The notes beneath the pieces are model-generated. The model searched no databases. It had not been told where the DNA came from and saw nothing but the letters and a program-made list of their open reading frames with translations. Source: a virus. Taken from it: a stretch of 64,000 bases of DNA. Every line of letters begins with the position of its first letter. The first letter of the stretch is position 1. The position numbers were made by a program, and so were the translations under genes. Location of the stretch: IMG/VR virus record IMGVR_UViG_3300028377_000005, positions 1 through 64,000 of that record; one strand, given 5' to 3'. Shown piece after piece: positions 45,901 to 57,200 of this stretch.

Positions 45901-48900
45901 CATACAGATGTGCTTGAAGCGGATGTGTTTTTGCAGGCGAACGACCAGAGCTTCACGGTATTGGCGGCGGCTTATAACTCCACGACAAATGAAACGACGG
46001 TAGAGGTTTCACCGGCGGCCACCGGAGCTTTGCGCAACCCGAACGTGCTGGTATCGACAACACCCATCACGAACACCGAAACGGTGATGGTAGAGGTTGA
46101 GGATAATAGCGCCGGGGAACAACAGCTTCGGTTGATTGGGAACTTTACGGACAAGATCAGTGAGTCTAAGATCATCTATTTGGACGACGACCCCTATTAC
46201 GTGCAGGGCGCGGAGTTCAACGAAAACAGTGGCTTCACGAGGGTCACTCTGGCGTCTGCCTTGATGCAAGAGTATACGGATCCTACGGTTGTGGTATCTA
46301 CCTACGAGGTCTATGCCCCCGAAACCCAGATCCTACATGCTTCGAAATTTGGTATCCCGGAACGCACTGTTCGTCTGGTACGCTTTGATAAAACAGGCAA
46401 CGGGTCTGTTTTGGAAAAGGATTTCGCATATACGTTCGAAGCGGGTGGGCGTATCATCCTCGAACCTACAGTTACGACCCCGCCAAATCCCGAAGAGGTG
46501 TGGTACCTCGCTTACACGGCATTGCGTGAAGTGGGGCCACGATCTATCGCCGGGCAAACGTTCTTGCCCCGGTTCAAAGCGTCGTACACAAGACGGGTTA
46601 ACGCCACGGAAGATAACGGTATCAAAGGGGCTATGCTCCGGGCGTCGTTCGATTTTTCGTCCCCCGACACGTTTTATTTCAGGGCCGTGCGTATGGAGGA
46701 GTACGCCTTTGAGGTGGCCGAAGAGATCAACTCCAAGGCCAGACAGAGCGCCCCTTCGGGAGGGCCTGTCTTGTCCACCGCGCAGAGTCAAGACCTGTTC
46801 AAGAAAGGTAATGAAGGCTTGATTTTCGAAGGTGGTAACTTGCGGGACCAAGACCGTGCAGGTCGGGTGTTCCTAGAATTCTACAACCAGATCATCCTCA
46901 AGTTCGAAGAGGTCTTGGAAGTTATCGACGGACGGGTGGTGGGTGACCGTGACAGTAAGTTTGTTTTCCGTTTGCGTAATGACAACACGCCGGGCGGTAT
47001 TGACCCTGTGACGGGAGAACTCATCCCGTTCTACGCCAACCCGCAAAGCCCCGGCACCAAGCCCACGCCCACAGAGATCGCCAACACTAAAAACCTTTCC
47101 AGCCAGATGGGTGCCGTCGAAAATTACATCGACGACCTTGTGATGGTGAGCAAGAAGCCTTTCAAGCTGGAGATCGGGTTGCCCCTCGATTTCAAGTTTC
47201 AGGGGACTTTCAGGCCGGTATGGAAGCCTTCGAAATTTAGCCGACTGTACCCGGAGCAAAAGCAAAGTTTCTCGATCACTGTCCCGCAAATAGACGGGGA
47301 CCAGGAGTATGAATTCCCAGATGATTTCTTACATATCTTGGCGGACCCCCAACAGGAAAGCATCCTTTCGCTTGAAAACGTCCGCAAACGTGCTGCCAAA
47401 GCCCGTGTGCGGGAAGGTGGAACTTTCTCAGCTTCCACAGGTGATGTGCGTATCCATGTGGCGATGGAGTACGATCCGGTTACTGGCGATTTCAGTAACA
47501 CAACCTACGATCCCACGGGACCCGTACCGGAACTGTATATCCCGGCCTTTGAAGTGGGCGACCACGTGAACCTTGGCCGGGTGACTTATTCGGTTTCAGG
47601 TGGTGTGATTGACCAGACGACTACCCTCTACGGACAGAACCTCATTGTTGCTGCGGTAGGTGCCGATTACATCGAAGTCAGCACGAACCCTGAAAATGGC
47701 AACTCAGATTTCAACGATCTGACGATGACCGACGCAACGACCTTGAGTCCTCAGAAAGGGGACACGATCTATACAGTGCCCCCGGTGGCGGATTCGGGGT
47801 TTGTACTCGGGGAAAGCACGCCGCCATACTATCGAACGCCCCTTGACATGTTCGTCAATTCATCGGAAGGCGAATTGATCAACACAACGCTCCCCGGCTT
47901 CATTGCGAAGCTGTTAGGCCAGTCCCCTATCAGTCCGGGTACATTCCTCGACATGACGGTGAATTTCCGCAATCAACGCACAGAACCGTTTAGATTCCCG
48001 GCACTTGACGGTGGTGTGGTAGACGACGATGGTGATCAGCCGCCGCCGTTTGTTACCCCATTCAAGGACAGTGAGATCCAACGTCTCAATGCGGAGTTAG
48101 TCGCCAACCAGACGGTCATAGACGACACCGATGGTGGCACAGTAATCGAAGGCACCCTTGTCGATGCTGTGACCCTTTCGGTATCTACCGACCTGACAGC
48201 AATCGCTAACCCACCGGACGAGTTCGATCTTGTGGTGGCGGATAGCATTACGGAATTAGGCGACTCAGTAGAGTTCGATGTTGGTAGCATTGATCCGTCC
48301 AATGTGCGTTTGGCGTCCTTTGTGACCCCGGATACCGTGAACTTCACGGTAGAGAAACTTTATGAGGGTACAGATGGCGAACGCGATACTGTAACTACGA
48401 GGTGGAATGACGGTACCAAAGACTTTACTGATTTCAGTGGTTTCGATACGATGACCCTCCACGTTTCAGATGGGGCCGGGGGCTATAGCGCATACGATGT
48501 GGATTCAGTGTTCGATGGGTATCTCATAACGTCAAACCCGATCGCTGAATCTGGACCCACCGACTATTATCTGTCCCTTTCAGATAGCGGCAGCATCCCG
48601 GCTACCATTGACCGGATCAACTCAACGGGCATTGATTTCAGCGATGCTACAGGTGATGTGACGGTAAGTGGTGGTGGTCCCAACAATGGGACCTCGTACA
48701 CAGCTAAAGGTGGTGGACCCGGATTTTTGCATATCGAAACGATCCCTTTAAGTATCGGGGATCAGGTCGTCATTGGTATTTCCAATGCTTCGGTCGTCGC
48801 TTCGGGTACGGGTTCGGTGGACGCCGCAGGTTCGGTGATGCAAACCGCCGATTCTGTCGCCAATATTGAGCCGGGCCAAACATTGATCGTGGGTTCGAGT

Positions 48901-49896
48901 ACAGTCAATGGTGGGCGCTACAAGGTATCTTCGGTTGATGATTCAGGTGCGGTCAACACGATCACAATCGAAGAGACGTTCTATTCGCCGCTGGGTGATT
49001 CGGGTCTCGCCAATTACCCAATGTCTTGGAGGGTAACAAGGCCGCGCCGCTTTGCCCCTGAAATCGACGCTTTGCGTGATGAGTTGGTGGAGCAACGTGT
49101 CACCTATACTTTGAATTCGGATGCGCCAGTGGACATCCAGCCGCTCTTGACGGCAACCTCTGGCAACCCGTCGACCACTTTGAAAGAGCGGTTGACGGAT
49201 TTGCGCGAAGTTCTTTTCGGGCCGCCCATCCTTTCAGTGACGGGTGGGGATGCTGTTGCTTCCGTTACGGGATTCGAAGGTGCTGATTTCGTAGCCGAAG
49301 ACATAAGGCAGGGTGATATTGTCGTGGTCGAAGAGGGGATCAACCGTGGTTTCTATACGGTAGCCTCGATAGACGACTCGGTGTCTCCGCAACAGTTGAT
49401 CGTGTTCGAAAACAACAGCTACACCACTTATGTCCTGTCGAATGAGGTCGGTGTAGACTTCGACATTTACCGAAGCGACGTGTTGCAGCCAAGGTCTAAC
49501 CAGTTGGTATTGTATGAATATTTCAATGTGTTTGAGGTCATCGAACGGATTGATGATGGGATCAGGATGTGTACCCATGACCCCCTCAACCTTTTAGGTG
49601 CGTTAGGTGCGTTAACCGAACGTCCGGGCGACCCTGCGGATTACACGCTGTTGGATCACCAATCAGAGGTGAACGACCGCTTTAGTTGGATTCGGGACGC
49701 CAGCCCTGACTTGCGACAAGAGATCGTCGCTCTCTTGAAAGGGGTGGAGGCGCTCTATGACATTCGGTATGCGTGGATTGATTTCCGCACGAACCTCGAA
49801 GATGGAACGTTAGCGAAAATCGAACGGTACAAAAGCAATTTAGCGAAACGCAAACGTAAGCGGAAGCGCGAACTCACCAAGTTACTGTCGAGTTGA
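42928..49896 (+). CDS. giant (2322 aa) virion/baseplate structural protein
   Basis: Acidic, beta-rich, multi-domain; lies within the baseplate cluster. Confidence 0.8.
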   Translation: MSVPFDGFVLRKPRIAASNSPFTAEGDVFVRQQDRSTYLTNFVNNSSAPTTEYLVQVHETADLVVPSEITETAKKVSEWVYQFNSEGRAIESVSSVTPTPDSTDAQSGLVKYSSDPGQDVVVVWEPARLKINWTKNDERTRFGFDDRFQRWTPLPGGAPENLGTLPDTPNGQTPLALPVVEGGEPLVVIGTPDQNTGTVVPVPEANRLTDGQFQAYINGTSSVPSGEAVLNVDNGTVLFANDLVNTYLSQPVYFYRKNFFAYDASTGQIGHVGDALYMNPIPDATEVPRIRVKYRTYLRGEQSTSTTTPSTGYDFVWNPNTGAVHLDSSVEADFEGEAIYYDGVFSNADPIESYAHTNLGSIEDANPFTTAGLSDIDFTAYDHDSIILYVTETGEAIRDLEFVEDTGDFTDSLNLPSTKAQVVRSGTDAGKIQLSHTFRREKADNNYSLSVGTSDFPVEKGITFRMEQSPVDPTNNRGLPDGKGVSRVANEILSTSLPAGPSFLLNQLPLQDVAGYDDNVFYQLEQGAKRKILQPGLDVMYDFDNRQLQWAQQASHSSVIPSSSYSVQLPHQIIHNENYSFELNEGGGFVPLEPDDDVLINFDTGTITFIEDVGDVLFEDIGVLTNPDTLQAATANLSGLTVPSDSLRAPLLLVGEDAYRIVSTTANTVTVDRNIDLSGNITEFTIIEVPEIVFRYAMQSVDLRERTVFPYVVSDVDTHAPDGEALEFVSDGSVVPHILLEPETLGALGSTITLPAYYQASEANYRIFREGVELFFTTSSPNTGEYSLSGNTLVFNSTDEADNVGTDIILDPDLSSTRSTGPIEVLVSSRELNVPTDLQGTDLEVRALVPEDQYTLQGLVLFLDKPFRSGQRLFVRYTDSDGTEIEEDVGFRVVDTLGNVGSGASDTFGAGRTVDLQRPTQVLVNGARSALEINTTTKTVSLDSVRRGRRVQVSYYALDADGGETTVSLLERPMGSPVLFEEGSTQTFRGDHTDVLEADVFLQANDQSFTVLAAAYNSTTNETTVEVSPAATGALRNPNVLVSTTPITNTETVMVEVEDNSAGEQQLRLIGNFTDKISESKIIYLDDDPYYVQGAEFNENSGFTRVTLASALMQEYTDPTVVVSTYEVYAPETQILHASKFGIPERTVRLVRFDKTGNGSVLEKDFAYTFEAGGRIILEPTVTTPPNPEEVWYLAYTALREVGPRSIAGQTFLPRFKASYTRRVNATEDNGIKGAMLRASFDFSSPDTFYFRAVRMEEYAFEVAEEINSKARQSAPSGGPVLSTAQSQDLFKKGNEGLIFEGGNLRDQDRAGRVFLEFYNQIILKFEEVLEVIDGRVVGDRDSKFVFRLRNDNTPGGIDPVTGELIPFYANPQSPGTKPTPTEIANTKNLSSQMGAVENYIDDLVMVSKKPFKLEIGLPLDFKFQGTFRPVWKPSKFSRLYPEQKQSFSITVPQIDGDQEYEFPDDFLHILADPQQESILSLENVRKRAAKARVREGGTFSASTGDVRIHVAMEYDPVTGDFSNTTYDPTGPVPELYIPAFEVGDHVNLGRVTYSVSGGVIDQTTTLYGQNLIVAAVGADYIEVSTNPENGNSDFNDLTMTDATTLSPQKGDTIYTVPPVADSGFVLGESTPPYYRTPLDMFVNSSEGELINTTLPGFIAKLLGQSPISPGTFLDMTVNFRNQRTEPFRFPALDGGVVDDDGDQPPPFVTPFKDSEIQRLNAELVANQTVIDDTDGGTVIEGTLVDAVTLSVSTDLTAIANPPDEFDLVVADSITELGDSVEFDVGSIDPSNVRLASFVTPDTVNFTVEKLYEGTDGERDTVTTRWNDGTKDFTDFSGFDTMTLHVSDGAGGYSAYDVDSVFDGYLITSNPIAESGPTDYYLSLSDSGSIPATIDRINSTGIDFSDATGDVTVSGGGPNNGTSYTAKGGGPGFLHIETIPLSIGDQVVIGISNASVVASGTGSVDAAGSVMQTADSVANIEPGQTLIVGSSTVNGGRYKVSSVDDSGAVNTITIEETFYSPLGDSGLANYPMSWRVTRPRRFAPEIDALRDELVEQRVTYTLNSDAPVDIQPLLTATSGNPSTTLKERLTDLREVLFGPPILSVTGGDAVASVTGFEGADFVAEDIRQGDIVVVEEGINRGFYTVASIDDSVSPQQLIVFENNSYTTYVLSNEVGVDFDIYRSDVLQPRSNQLVLYEYFNVFEVIERIDDGIRMCTHDPLNLLGALGALTERPGDPADYTLLDHQSEVNDRFSWIRDASPDLRQEIVALLKGVEALYDIRYAWIDFRTNLEDGTLAKIERYKSNLAKRKRKRKRELTKLLSS

Positions 49897-49898
49897 TT

Positions 49899-50054
49899 AT
49901 GTCTGACGAAAAGCCGAAATGGAAAAAGACTAAGTTGCGCCCTTACAAGGGGTTGGTAGATAAGCTCCAAGAGGTACGGGACAAACTGGTCGAAGAACGT
50001 GATCGTCTGGAAAGGGAAATACAGGAAAAGGAACAAAAACAGGATGATGCTTGA
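49899..50054 (+). CDS. small coiled-coil protein (51 aa, not in the ORF track)
   Basis: MSDEKPKWKKTKLRPYKGLVDKLQEVRDKLVEERDRLEREIQEKEQKQDDA; fills the gap exactly. Confidence 0.65.
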   Translation: MSDEKPKWKKTKLRPYKGLVDKLQEVRDKLVEERDRLEREIQEKEQKQDDA

Positions 50055-50250
50055 GGTTTGGTACACATTAAACGAACGCCGGATGGACCTTGTGCTCAAG
50101 AAAGAAGCCACCGGGTTGACGGAAGAGGAGTCGCGAGAGCTTGAAAACCTTCACGAGGTGATCGACTTTTACACCGACTTTTACCAGAAGACCTATCGGC
50201 TTTTAGAATCTGACTTTGACCGACTCGTATCCAAATCGGGAACCAATTAA
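50044..50250 (+). CDS. small hypothetical protein
   Basis: Overlap-coupled ORF. Confidence 0.55.
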   Translation: MMLEVWYTLNERRMDLVLKKEATGLTEEESRELENLHEVIDFYTDFYQKTYRLLESDFDRLVSKSGTN

Positions 50251-52425
50251 ATGGCTGAGTGGAAGACATTTGACTTATCAGACGTCCTGCCGGGCGCTGA
50301 GAACCTTGAGGAACTTCAGACGGTAGTCGATGCGCTTGTCGCCGTTGGGGACGTGGCAGTCACCGTTTTGGAAGTCCTGAAAGCATTTTTGGTCGCTCTT
50401 CCGAACCCGGTCAGTGCATCCATTTCATTGCTACTGGCTGAAATTCAGACCATCCTCGATAACCTGCGGGAAACAGGGGCCTTCGGGTTGTTCTTGATCC
50501 CCACTACGCTGGAAGAAGTGCAAGCCTATAAGGGCGGGTATCCCAAGTTCAAGCAACTGTTTTTACAGAGCCTGTTTGACGTTGAAGATCCCAACCGTCC
50601 CCAGATCGGACCGGACGGACACCTTGGAGCATTCTTTTTGTTCGTCAATAAGGATTCGGTTGCTGACTTTTTGCGGCAGGTAATGTCCCTCGCAAACCTG
50701 TTCCGGCAGCCAGATTTACACGTCCAATATCCGCCGCCTATAAACGTAACTGTCGAACCCGCTGATGCTGATGGTGATACAGCGGGAAGTATCATCAACC
50801 TGTTCGAAGAGGATGACGACCTTACGTCGTTGGTCTTTTCATGGGAAGAGCCAAAGTTTTCCCAGAGCCTTTTTTACGATATTTTTGCGAGCAATAAATT
50901 TTACCTTGAACGCTCCAAATCCCGTGAAGGCACCCTCCTAACTCGCGATAAAACTCGGAAAGTACAAGAGAATCCGATCCAAAAGAAACGCAAAGAGGAC
51001 GGCCAAGACTCACAGATCAAGGAGCCGGTGCTTAATCGGTTGGGCGAACCGATTTATGTGTGGGAACCCGCTTTCCCAAACGACCCTTTTTTCAAGTTGG
51101 GTGACGATGACGTTAGTCAGAATTTCATTGCGGGCAGTTATTCGTATGTGATGCGGGACGTGGAAAAGGGGATCGAAAACGGGTATTACTATCGCATCCG
51201 GTCTGTGCCTTCGGATACAGGTTTAAGCTACGTCACAGGGCCAAACGGGGAAACAGTATATACCTTGGTGCGCAACGGTAAAGAGTGGTTAGGGTCACAG
51301 CCCTCCATGCCTGTGTTCGGGCACCTGCCGGATGTGGATACCAGTTTCGACATGCCTACGGCCCTCCTAAATGTTTATCGGGCCGCTTATCTATTGCGTT
51401 TTGATACAGACGCTACCGATCATTCAGATTCGAACCTTTTCATTGGTAGTAGTAGCATCGAACCCGGAATACCTACACGTATTCTTGACGCCGAAGCCGA
51501 GGGTGCTCGTGAACCCGAATTCGTGACTGCGTACAGCGACACACTTATCCAAGAGGACCGAGGCGATATCAATTTCGAAATTCTCGAAGGCGGTCTGTTC
51601 GAAGACGCTGCGGCTATCGAAGATTATGCCACCTCGCGGCGTTACGTATCTGTTGTCGGATCAATCACGTCTTCGGATACACTAGAAAAGGACCCCTTTG
51701 CGGGTGCTCGGGAGTTATTTGATGGTGTTTTTGGTATGTCTCCCCACCAACAATTCAGGATCTGGGTGGACAAGGTAGCCCTTGAACGGGTAGACGAGAT
51801 CTTACCCACCTTGACACAAAACGAAAGCCTGTACGAGATGGTGAAGAGTTTTTACGAGGATGCGGAAAGCTCCATCGTTGACCTCTTGACCTCAGACGGT
51901 TTCAACACGTCCAAAGATTTGATCACAGACGATACAGTCAGGACCAAGGTACATCTGCTGATTCAGACGGTAGATAAATACGTGGTTCTTGGGCAGCCGC
52001 CTAATTGGCAATCACTCCGTCTCTTTGAAGATCTCATCCCGGAAGGCGACCAGTTGCTTGACCGCCTATTTCGTATGATGAAGTCGTTTGAAAACGTGTT
52101 CGCCGACATAAACGCCGCGATTGAGAACACCATTGACGGCTTGCGGGCAAGGCTTGGAATCCTCAACGATATTGTGGATTTCCTTGACACGATCATTTCG
52201 TTTTACGCAAGTCTGGACGCTCTTGACTTTTCGGTGTCGGTGTTGTTCATCCCGCCGAATGTGGGAGGCACTCCGTACTTAGCGCGGGAGTTCATGGAAG
52301 CTGAATCGCCTCCCGATACTTCGCCAGATGATTTCTCTGCGGGTGTGGTCCTTGCGTTCGGTGGCGCTGGACGCGGCGATGTCGAAGCCTCTGAAAATGC
52401 CATCCGGTTCATTTTTGGCCTGTGA
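50251..52425 (+). CDS. putative baseplate/virion protein
   Basis: 724 aa with helical termini and an FN3-like centre; in the structural cluster. Confidence 0.7.
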   Translation: MAEWKTFDLSDVLPGAENLEELQTVVDALVAVGDVAVTVLEVLKAFLVALPNPVSASISLLLAEIQTILDNLRETGAFGLFLIPTTLEEVQAYKGGYPKFKQLFLQSLFDVEDPNRPQIGPDGHLGAFFLFVNKDSVADFLRQVMSLANLFRQPDLHVQYPPPINVTVEPADADGDTAGSIINLFEEDDDLTSLVFSWEEPKFSQSLFYDIFASNKFYLERSKSREGTLLTRDKTRKVQENPIQKKRKEDGQDSQIKEPVLNRLGEPIYVWEPAFPNDPFFKLGDDDVSQNFIAGSYSYVMRDVEKGIENGYYYRIRSVPSDTGLSYVTGPNGETVYTLVRNGKEWLGSQPSMPVFGHLPDVDTSFDMPTALLNVYRAAYLLRFDTDATDHSDSNLFIGSSSIEPGIPTRILDAEAEGAREPEFVTAYSDTLIQEDRGDINFEILEGGLFEDAAAIEDYATSRRYVSVVGSITSSDTLEKDPFAGARELFDGVFGMSPHQQFRIWVDKVALERVDEILPTLTQNESLYEMVKSFYEDAESSIVDLLTSDGFNTSKDLITDDTVRTKVHLLIQTVDKYVVLGQPPNWQSLRLFEDLIPEGDQLLDRLFRMMKSFENVFADINAAIENTIDGLRARLGILNDIVDFLDTIISFYASLDALDFSVSVLFIPPNVGGTPYLAREFMEAESPPDTSPDDFSAGVVLAFGGAGRGDVEASENAIRFIFGL

Positions 52426-52444
52426 TCTCTAATCTTGTTGGCCC

Positions 52445-52473
52445 TAATCTACTTGTAAGCCTACCTCAGTAGA
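52445..52473 (+). promoter_or_regulatory. putative late promoter (TAATCTACTTGT-N13-TAGA)
   Basis: Recurrent motif. Confidence 0.55.
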
Positions 52474-52503
52474 GATTCTCTGTTTGTCTGGCAGGGTAAA
52501 GGT

Positions 52504-53121
52504 ATGGCTTACGATTTTCTAGGTACATTCAAACGGTCGCAGTTCGAACTGTTGGCTGATTACGCGGAAGCGTCCCTGCAGGACGTGGATCCCCGTATAA
52601 CGTACCTTAAAAGTGAGATTGAGCGGCTGGGGTGGATCGAATATGAATTCGATGAGGAGGGGCGTCGAATTGATTATAACATCCAACCGCTCAATAGTCA
52701 ACTGGCAAAGTACGCTCTAGCCTTCGAATATTATGGTGGATCTTTAACAGAGCTTCAGATTCGAAGCCGTGGTGATTGGATTTATATCACCAAGGGCGAG
52801 TTCAACTTAGACGATGCTGCGCCTTACGCTGGAGGTAAACCTTCGGAGGGTAATTACAGTGAAGGTTCGAGGCATTACGACGATACCGTGCCCGGCAATT
52901 ATGTGGCGGGCGTAAAGGATTGGATAACACCTAAGATCAAGCGTCAATTGGAAGACCTTGAATTCCGCATCAAGAGGACAATCGACCTTTCGGATCAGTA
53001 CATCGAAGAGGTGGTTTTGTTGGTGAAGCGTAGTACCGGCGCGGAGACGCTTGAGGACCTCCGCAAAGATATCGACTTTTTCATCACCAGCGAAGATTTT
53101 CACTCGGCCACGGACCGCTGA
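52504..53121 (+). CDS. putative virion protein
   Basis: ORF in the baseplate operon. Confidence 0.7.
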   Translation: MAYDFLGTFKRSQFELLADYAEASLQDVDPRITYLKSEIERLGWIEYEFDEEGRRIDYNIQPLNSQLAKYALAFEYYGGSLTELQIRSRGDWIYITKGEFNLDDAAPYAGGKPSEGNYSEGSRHYDDTVPGNYVAGVKDWITPKIKRQLEDLEFRIKRTIDLSDQYIEEVVLLVKRSTGAETLEDLRKDIDFFITSEDFHSATDR

Positions 53122-53122
53122 T

Positions 53123-54205
53123 ATGTCCAAGGATCTCCGCCTAAAGCACAAATGCCCGCACCACGTGGTCGAAGAGTGGTTGTCTATCGAAGACGATCGG
53201 GAAACACTCCGTACCGTGCGTTACCCCTCCAGCCAACAAATAAAGGTCCTGTGGAACCGCATTGAAGTTCCTCGGGATGGTCTGGCTTCTTCCATCGAAG
53301 TTACAGGTCTGAAAGCGGAGCCTTTTGAGATCGAAACAGGTGATAACGATACCTTGGCTTTCAGTGTGGATGGTCAGTCAACCCAAACTATCACCCTCCC
53401 CAAGGGTCGCAAAATCAAAGCTGCTTACCTTGCCCGGACCATCAACGAGCAAGCCACGGGAATTACAGCGTCGGTAAAGAATGGCCGCCTTACGATCGAG
53501 CATAACAAGGGTGGCGCACAGTCGTCACTCAAGATGGAGGGTGGGAATGCTCACGCCACGTTAGGTTTCTCGGCACTCAGGTATTACCGTGGCCGTATTA
53601 TAGTGCCCGGTTGGGAGATCATCAAGGATAAAAACAACATGGACCCCCACGCTCGGGTGATTCGTTTCCACGAACCCTTGCGTACCGATGACGATATTTT
53701 TGAGGTGTCGTACCACACCGTCCGGGGTGTCTGTCGCCGGTGTATGGGTCTTGGGATAGAGAACGATTTCCGGCACGACCGGAAAGGCGATCCTATCTTT
53801 GTGGAAAACCAACGCCTCCTTTTGCAGGAGGTAGAAAAGATCGTATTCACGGTGAAAGGGTCCAACCTTTTTCACCGCTGGTACGGCACGTCTATTAGTG
53901 AGTTGATCGGCACCAAGATCGTAGGCGGCGGCCAGTATGTAGAGACACAGTTGGTCACAGAGGTTTCCGATGCGCTCGAACGGTACAAGCAAATCAAAGA
54001 GCAGCAATCGCGTTACCAGCCGGTGTCGCGAAAGGAGATGCTGCAGCGGATTGTTTCAATCGAAGTGAAGCAAGACAAATACGACGCCACGGTATTCGAT
54101 GTATCTATCGTGTTGGAAAGCCAGTCGGGTGAACTCGAACAGATCACGGATACCCTGCTTGTGGGCGATGCTAGTTTCGCGCAAGGCTTTCAGCGGGTAA
54201 AGTAA
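53123..54205 (+). CDS. baseplate wedge protein with C-terminal gp25-like domain
   Basis: LLQEVEKIVFTVKGSNLFHRWYGTSISELIG; CRRC Zn motif. Confidence 0.75.
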   Translation: MSKDLRLKHKCPHHVVEEWLSIEDDRETLRTVRYPSSQQIKVLWNRIEVPRDGLASSIEVTGLKAEPFEIETGDNDTLAFSVDGQSTQTITLPKGRKIKAAYLARTINEQATGITASVKNGRLTIEHNKGGAQSSLKMEGGNAHATLGFSALRYYRGRIIVPGWEIIKDKNNMDPHARVIRFHEPLRTDDDIFEVSYHTVRGVCRRCMGLGIENDFRHDRKGDPIFVENQRLLLQEVEKIVFTVKGSNLFHRWYGTSISELIGTKIVGGGQYVETQLVTEVSDALERYKQIKEQQSRYQPVSRKEMLQRIVSIEVKQDKYDATVFDVSIVLESQSGELEQITDTLLVGDASFAQGFQRVK

Positions 54206-54220
54206 AGGTGGTAGAGGATT

Positions 54221-57200
54221 ATGCCTGTAGAACCCCCAAAATTTGTAACGCCTAACGGACAGACAAAAACCACGACCCTAGACTTGGTAACGTCAGTACG
54301 TGATCAAGTGCTCACGGGTGAGTTGTCTTCGGATATTGTTGATGTTCAGGTGAAGGTCAACAACGAACCGTTCAAGAGCGACTCAAACCTCGTCTCGTTC
54401 GATCAGGATTCGTTTACGGTACCTAACCCTAATGTCTTCCCGGAAGGGCTACGCTTGGACTACGGGGCCAACAAGATCCAAATTCGCATCATTGATGTGA
54501 CGGGTGGTGTATCTACACCGGCTGTAGCTTCGATTAATGTGATACGGGATTCGGACCTCGATCTGGTGGTATCGCCTCCTTCGGGACTGAGGGTACGTCG
54601 CCGGTCAAATGAAGTCGAGATCGTGTGGGCACAAAACGACCTCCCCAATGTCATCGGCTACAATGTATACGGAGCGATTGATAGCGGAGGTGGTACCCAA
54701 GGTTACATCAAGCTCAATAAAAACCTCATCACCGAGGTGGCGTTCGAAGAAACTGAGCTTACGGGTGTCGCTGAAGACTCCACGTTCTATACGAGCGAAG
54801 GCGGCCAGTTGCGCATTCTCTTGGTGGAAGAGGATTTCAATGACAACCCGGTCAAGACGGTAGGGGAAAGCGTCGTCACCACAAGCCTCCGGGCGACCAA
54901 TGAGATCAAAGTCACGACCTCCCTTGATGGGGTGGAAACCCGTGACTACCTCCATTTCGTACACGACCGGGTGGCGACTGAAGATGATGGCGTCATTAAC
55001 AATGAGTTTTTCGCCGACGTCCCGAATGATGAACCTCTGTTTTATGTAATCACTACAGTTGCTTACGACCCGGACACAAATCGGCAGATCGAAAGTACAT
55101 ATAGCTCTGAGCTTGTGGGCTTGCCACTGGTAATCACTACGGGCCTCCAAGAGATTCCGTCCAAGTCTCAGAACGATATTGTCCGGGACTACCTGTCTTC
55201 GATCACCCGTACCGACAACCAAGTAAGCGCGATTCCCGGCTCGGTGGTTCGAGATGTGTTCATTGAACCGTTTGCGTCTGAAACCGAACGGCTCCATTTC
55301 ATCGCCGGGTTCATTCGTCGCTCCCAGAGTTTCTCGACCTTGTTGGCCATTGACGACCTCGATGGTGATGGTGAGTCAGATCCGGTAGCTCAAAACCCCT
55401 ATAAACAAGCCCTGAAATCGGCGCTTGGTATTGACCGTGATTCCGATGTTCAGGCGCTGATTGACGACTCCTTTGAAAAACTGGCGAGTAATGTCCAGAA
55501 AGCTCGTGGGGGCGCAGGTTTTGCGATTGGGCAAGCAATCTTTTACACGACGACGGAACCGACAACGGACCTTGTGGTGGAAGAGGGAACGATTATATCG
55601 ACCGAATCCAGCCAAGACAATCCTTCGGTATCGTTCACAACGACTTCCCGTGTTGTGCTTCCGTTCGATGTGAAGGATTCGTATTACAATTTGCGTAAGA
55701 AGCGCTGGGAGATCCAAGCCAACATCCGAGCAACTGAAGCGGGCGAAGACGGTAACGTAGTTGCCGGGGGAATCAACCGGGTACTTGGCGGTGCTTCCTC
55801 CATGCAAGTAGAGAACCTTGAAGCTACACGGTTCGGGCGGGACCGGGAAAGCAACGCCCGGCTTGCCGAACGTGCTATCCTTGCGTACTCCAGCGTGGAT
55901 GTTGGTACGGAAGGTGGCTATCTATCCACAGCCCTGAAACAACAGGGTGTGTTCCGGGCCAAGGTGGTCAAGTCCGAAAGCGAATTTATGATGCGAGACT
56001 ATGACGATCTCCGCGAAAAACATATCGGAGGCAAAGTAGACGTATGGTTGCAAGGTCTTGAAGAAGTGCAGGTTACTGACACCTTTGCTTTGCGTTTCAG
56101 GGTGGCTCGGAACATCCAGTTCATTCTGGACTCCAACCCCTCCGACCTCATTTTTGTAGCGGACGACCCCCGCCTGTCTCCCGATAATCCGATCACGGAA
56201 TTACTCGGAGCTACTAGCCAACAACAGGCCCAAGGGTTTGGTTTCCGTAACGTATCGACCGGTGAAGATTTCGATCTCACTAATTACACGATCTTAGATT
56301 ACAACCGAATCAAGTTGGATGCAAGCCTAACACAGCCTTCCGTCAGTACCAATGACATCGTGGCTGGTGATTTCCGATTCCAAGAAACGAGTCAATACGT
56401 CTTTAGTCGGCAGCCTGCGTTCGGGGTGGAAAGTATCTCGTCACTCAACACAGGTGCGGTCCTCGAAGAGGGTACAAACTACCAACTTTATCGGGTCGAA
56501 GACCCGTTGCTGGACGGCTATTCGACGCAAGCCCAAGATTACATCGAGATCACTCAGAGCGGGGGCGTGCCCTCCGGGAACACTTTCGTAGTCAATGATG
56601 AAAATCATGTCTTAGTGGGTGAAGCTCCTGAACCCCTTGAAAACTTGGGTGTTAATCCGATCAGTGTTCGTGTCTTTAGTTTGGACCGCCTCACAGAATA
56701 CGATGGCCCTAACTCAGCTTCACCTGATTTCTTGATCCAAGAGGGTGACGAAACGACACCCCTCGAAATTTTCCGGGTACCGTCCGGGTCAATCGGTAAC
56801 GGTGAAGAGGTGAGCGTCGATTACGAGCACGACGAAAACTTTGAAGTGGAGTACACGATCAACAACCTACTTGATCGTGTTCAGGGGGCTATCAACAAAC
56901 AGCGGCATATCACGGCGGACGTCTTAGTCAAGCAAGCCATTTCAAATGAAGTGGAACTTGAAATGACCGTCGTCTTGGAGCCGGGTTCCTCCAGAGCCCA
57001 AGTGGATGCGGACCTCCGAACCAACGTAAGTCAACTGCTCAACAGCAAAGCGATCGGCGAACCCGTTTACCAATCGGATGTGGTGCAAGCGATCGAAAAC
57101 ACGACCGGTGTTATATACGTGGTTATGCCTTTTGCCCGTATGGCTCTTGCCGATGGGTCGCTGATTATCCGGGAGCCGGTTAACAACGATGCCACGTTCC

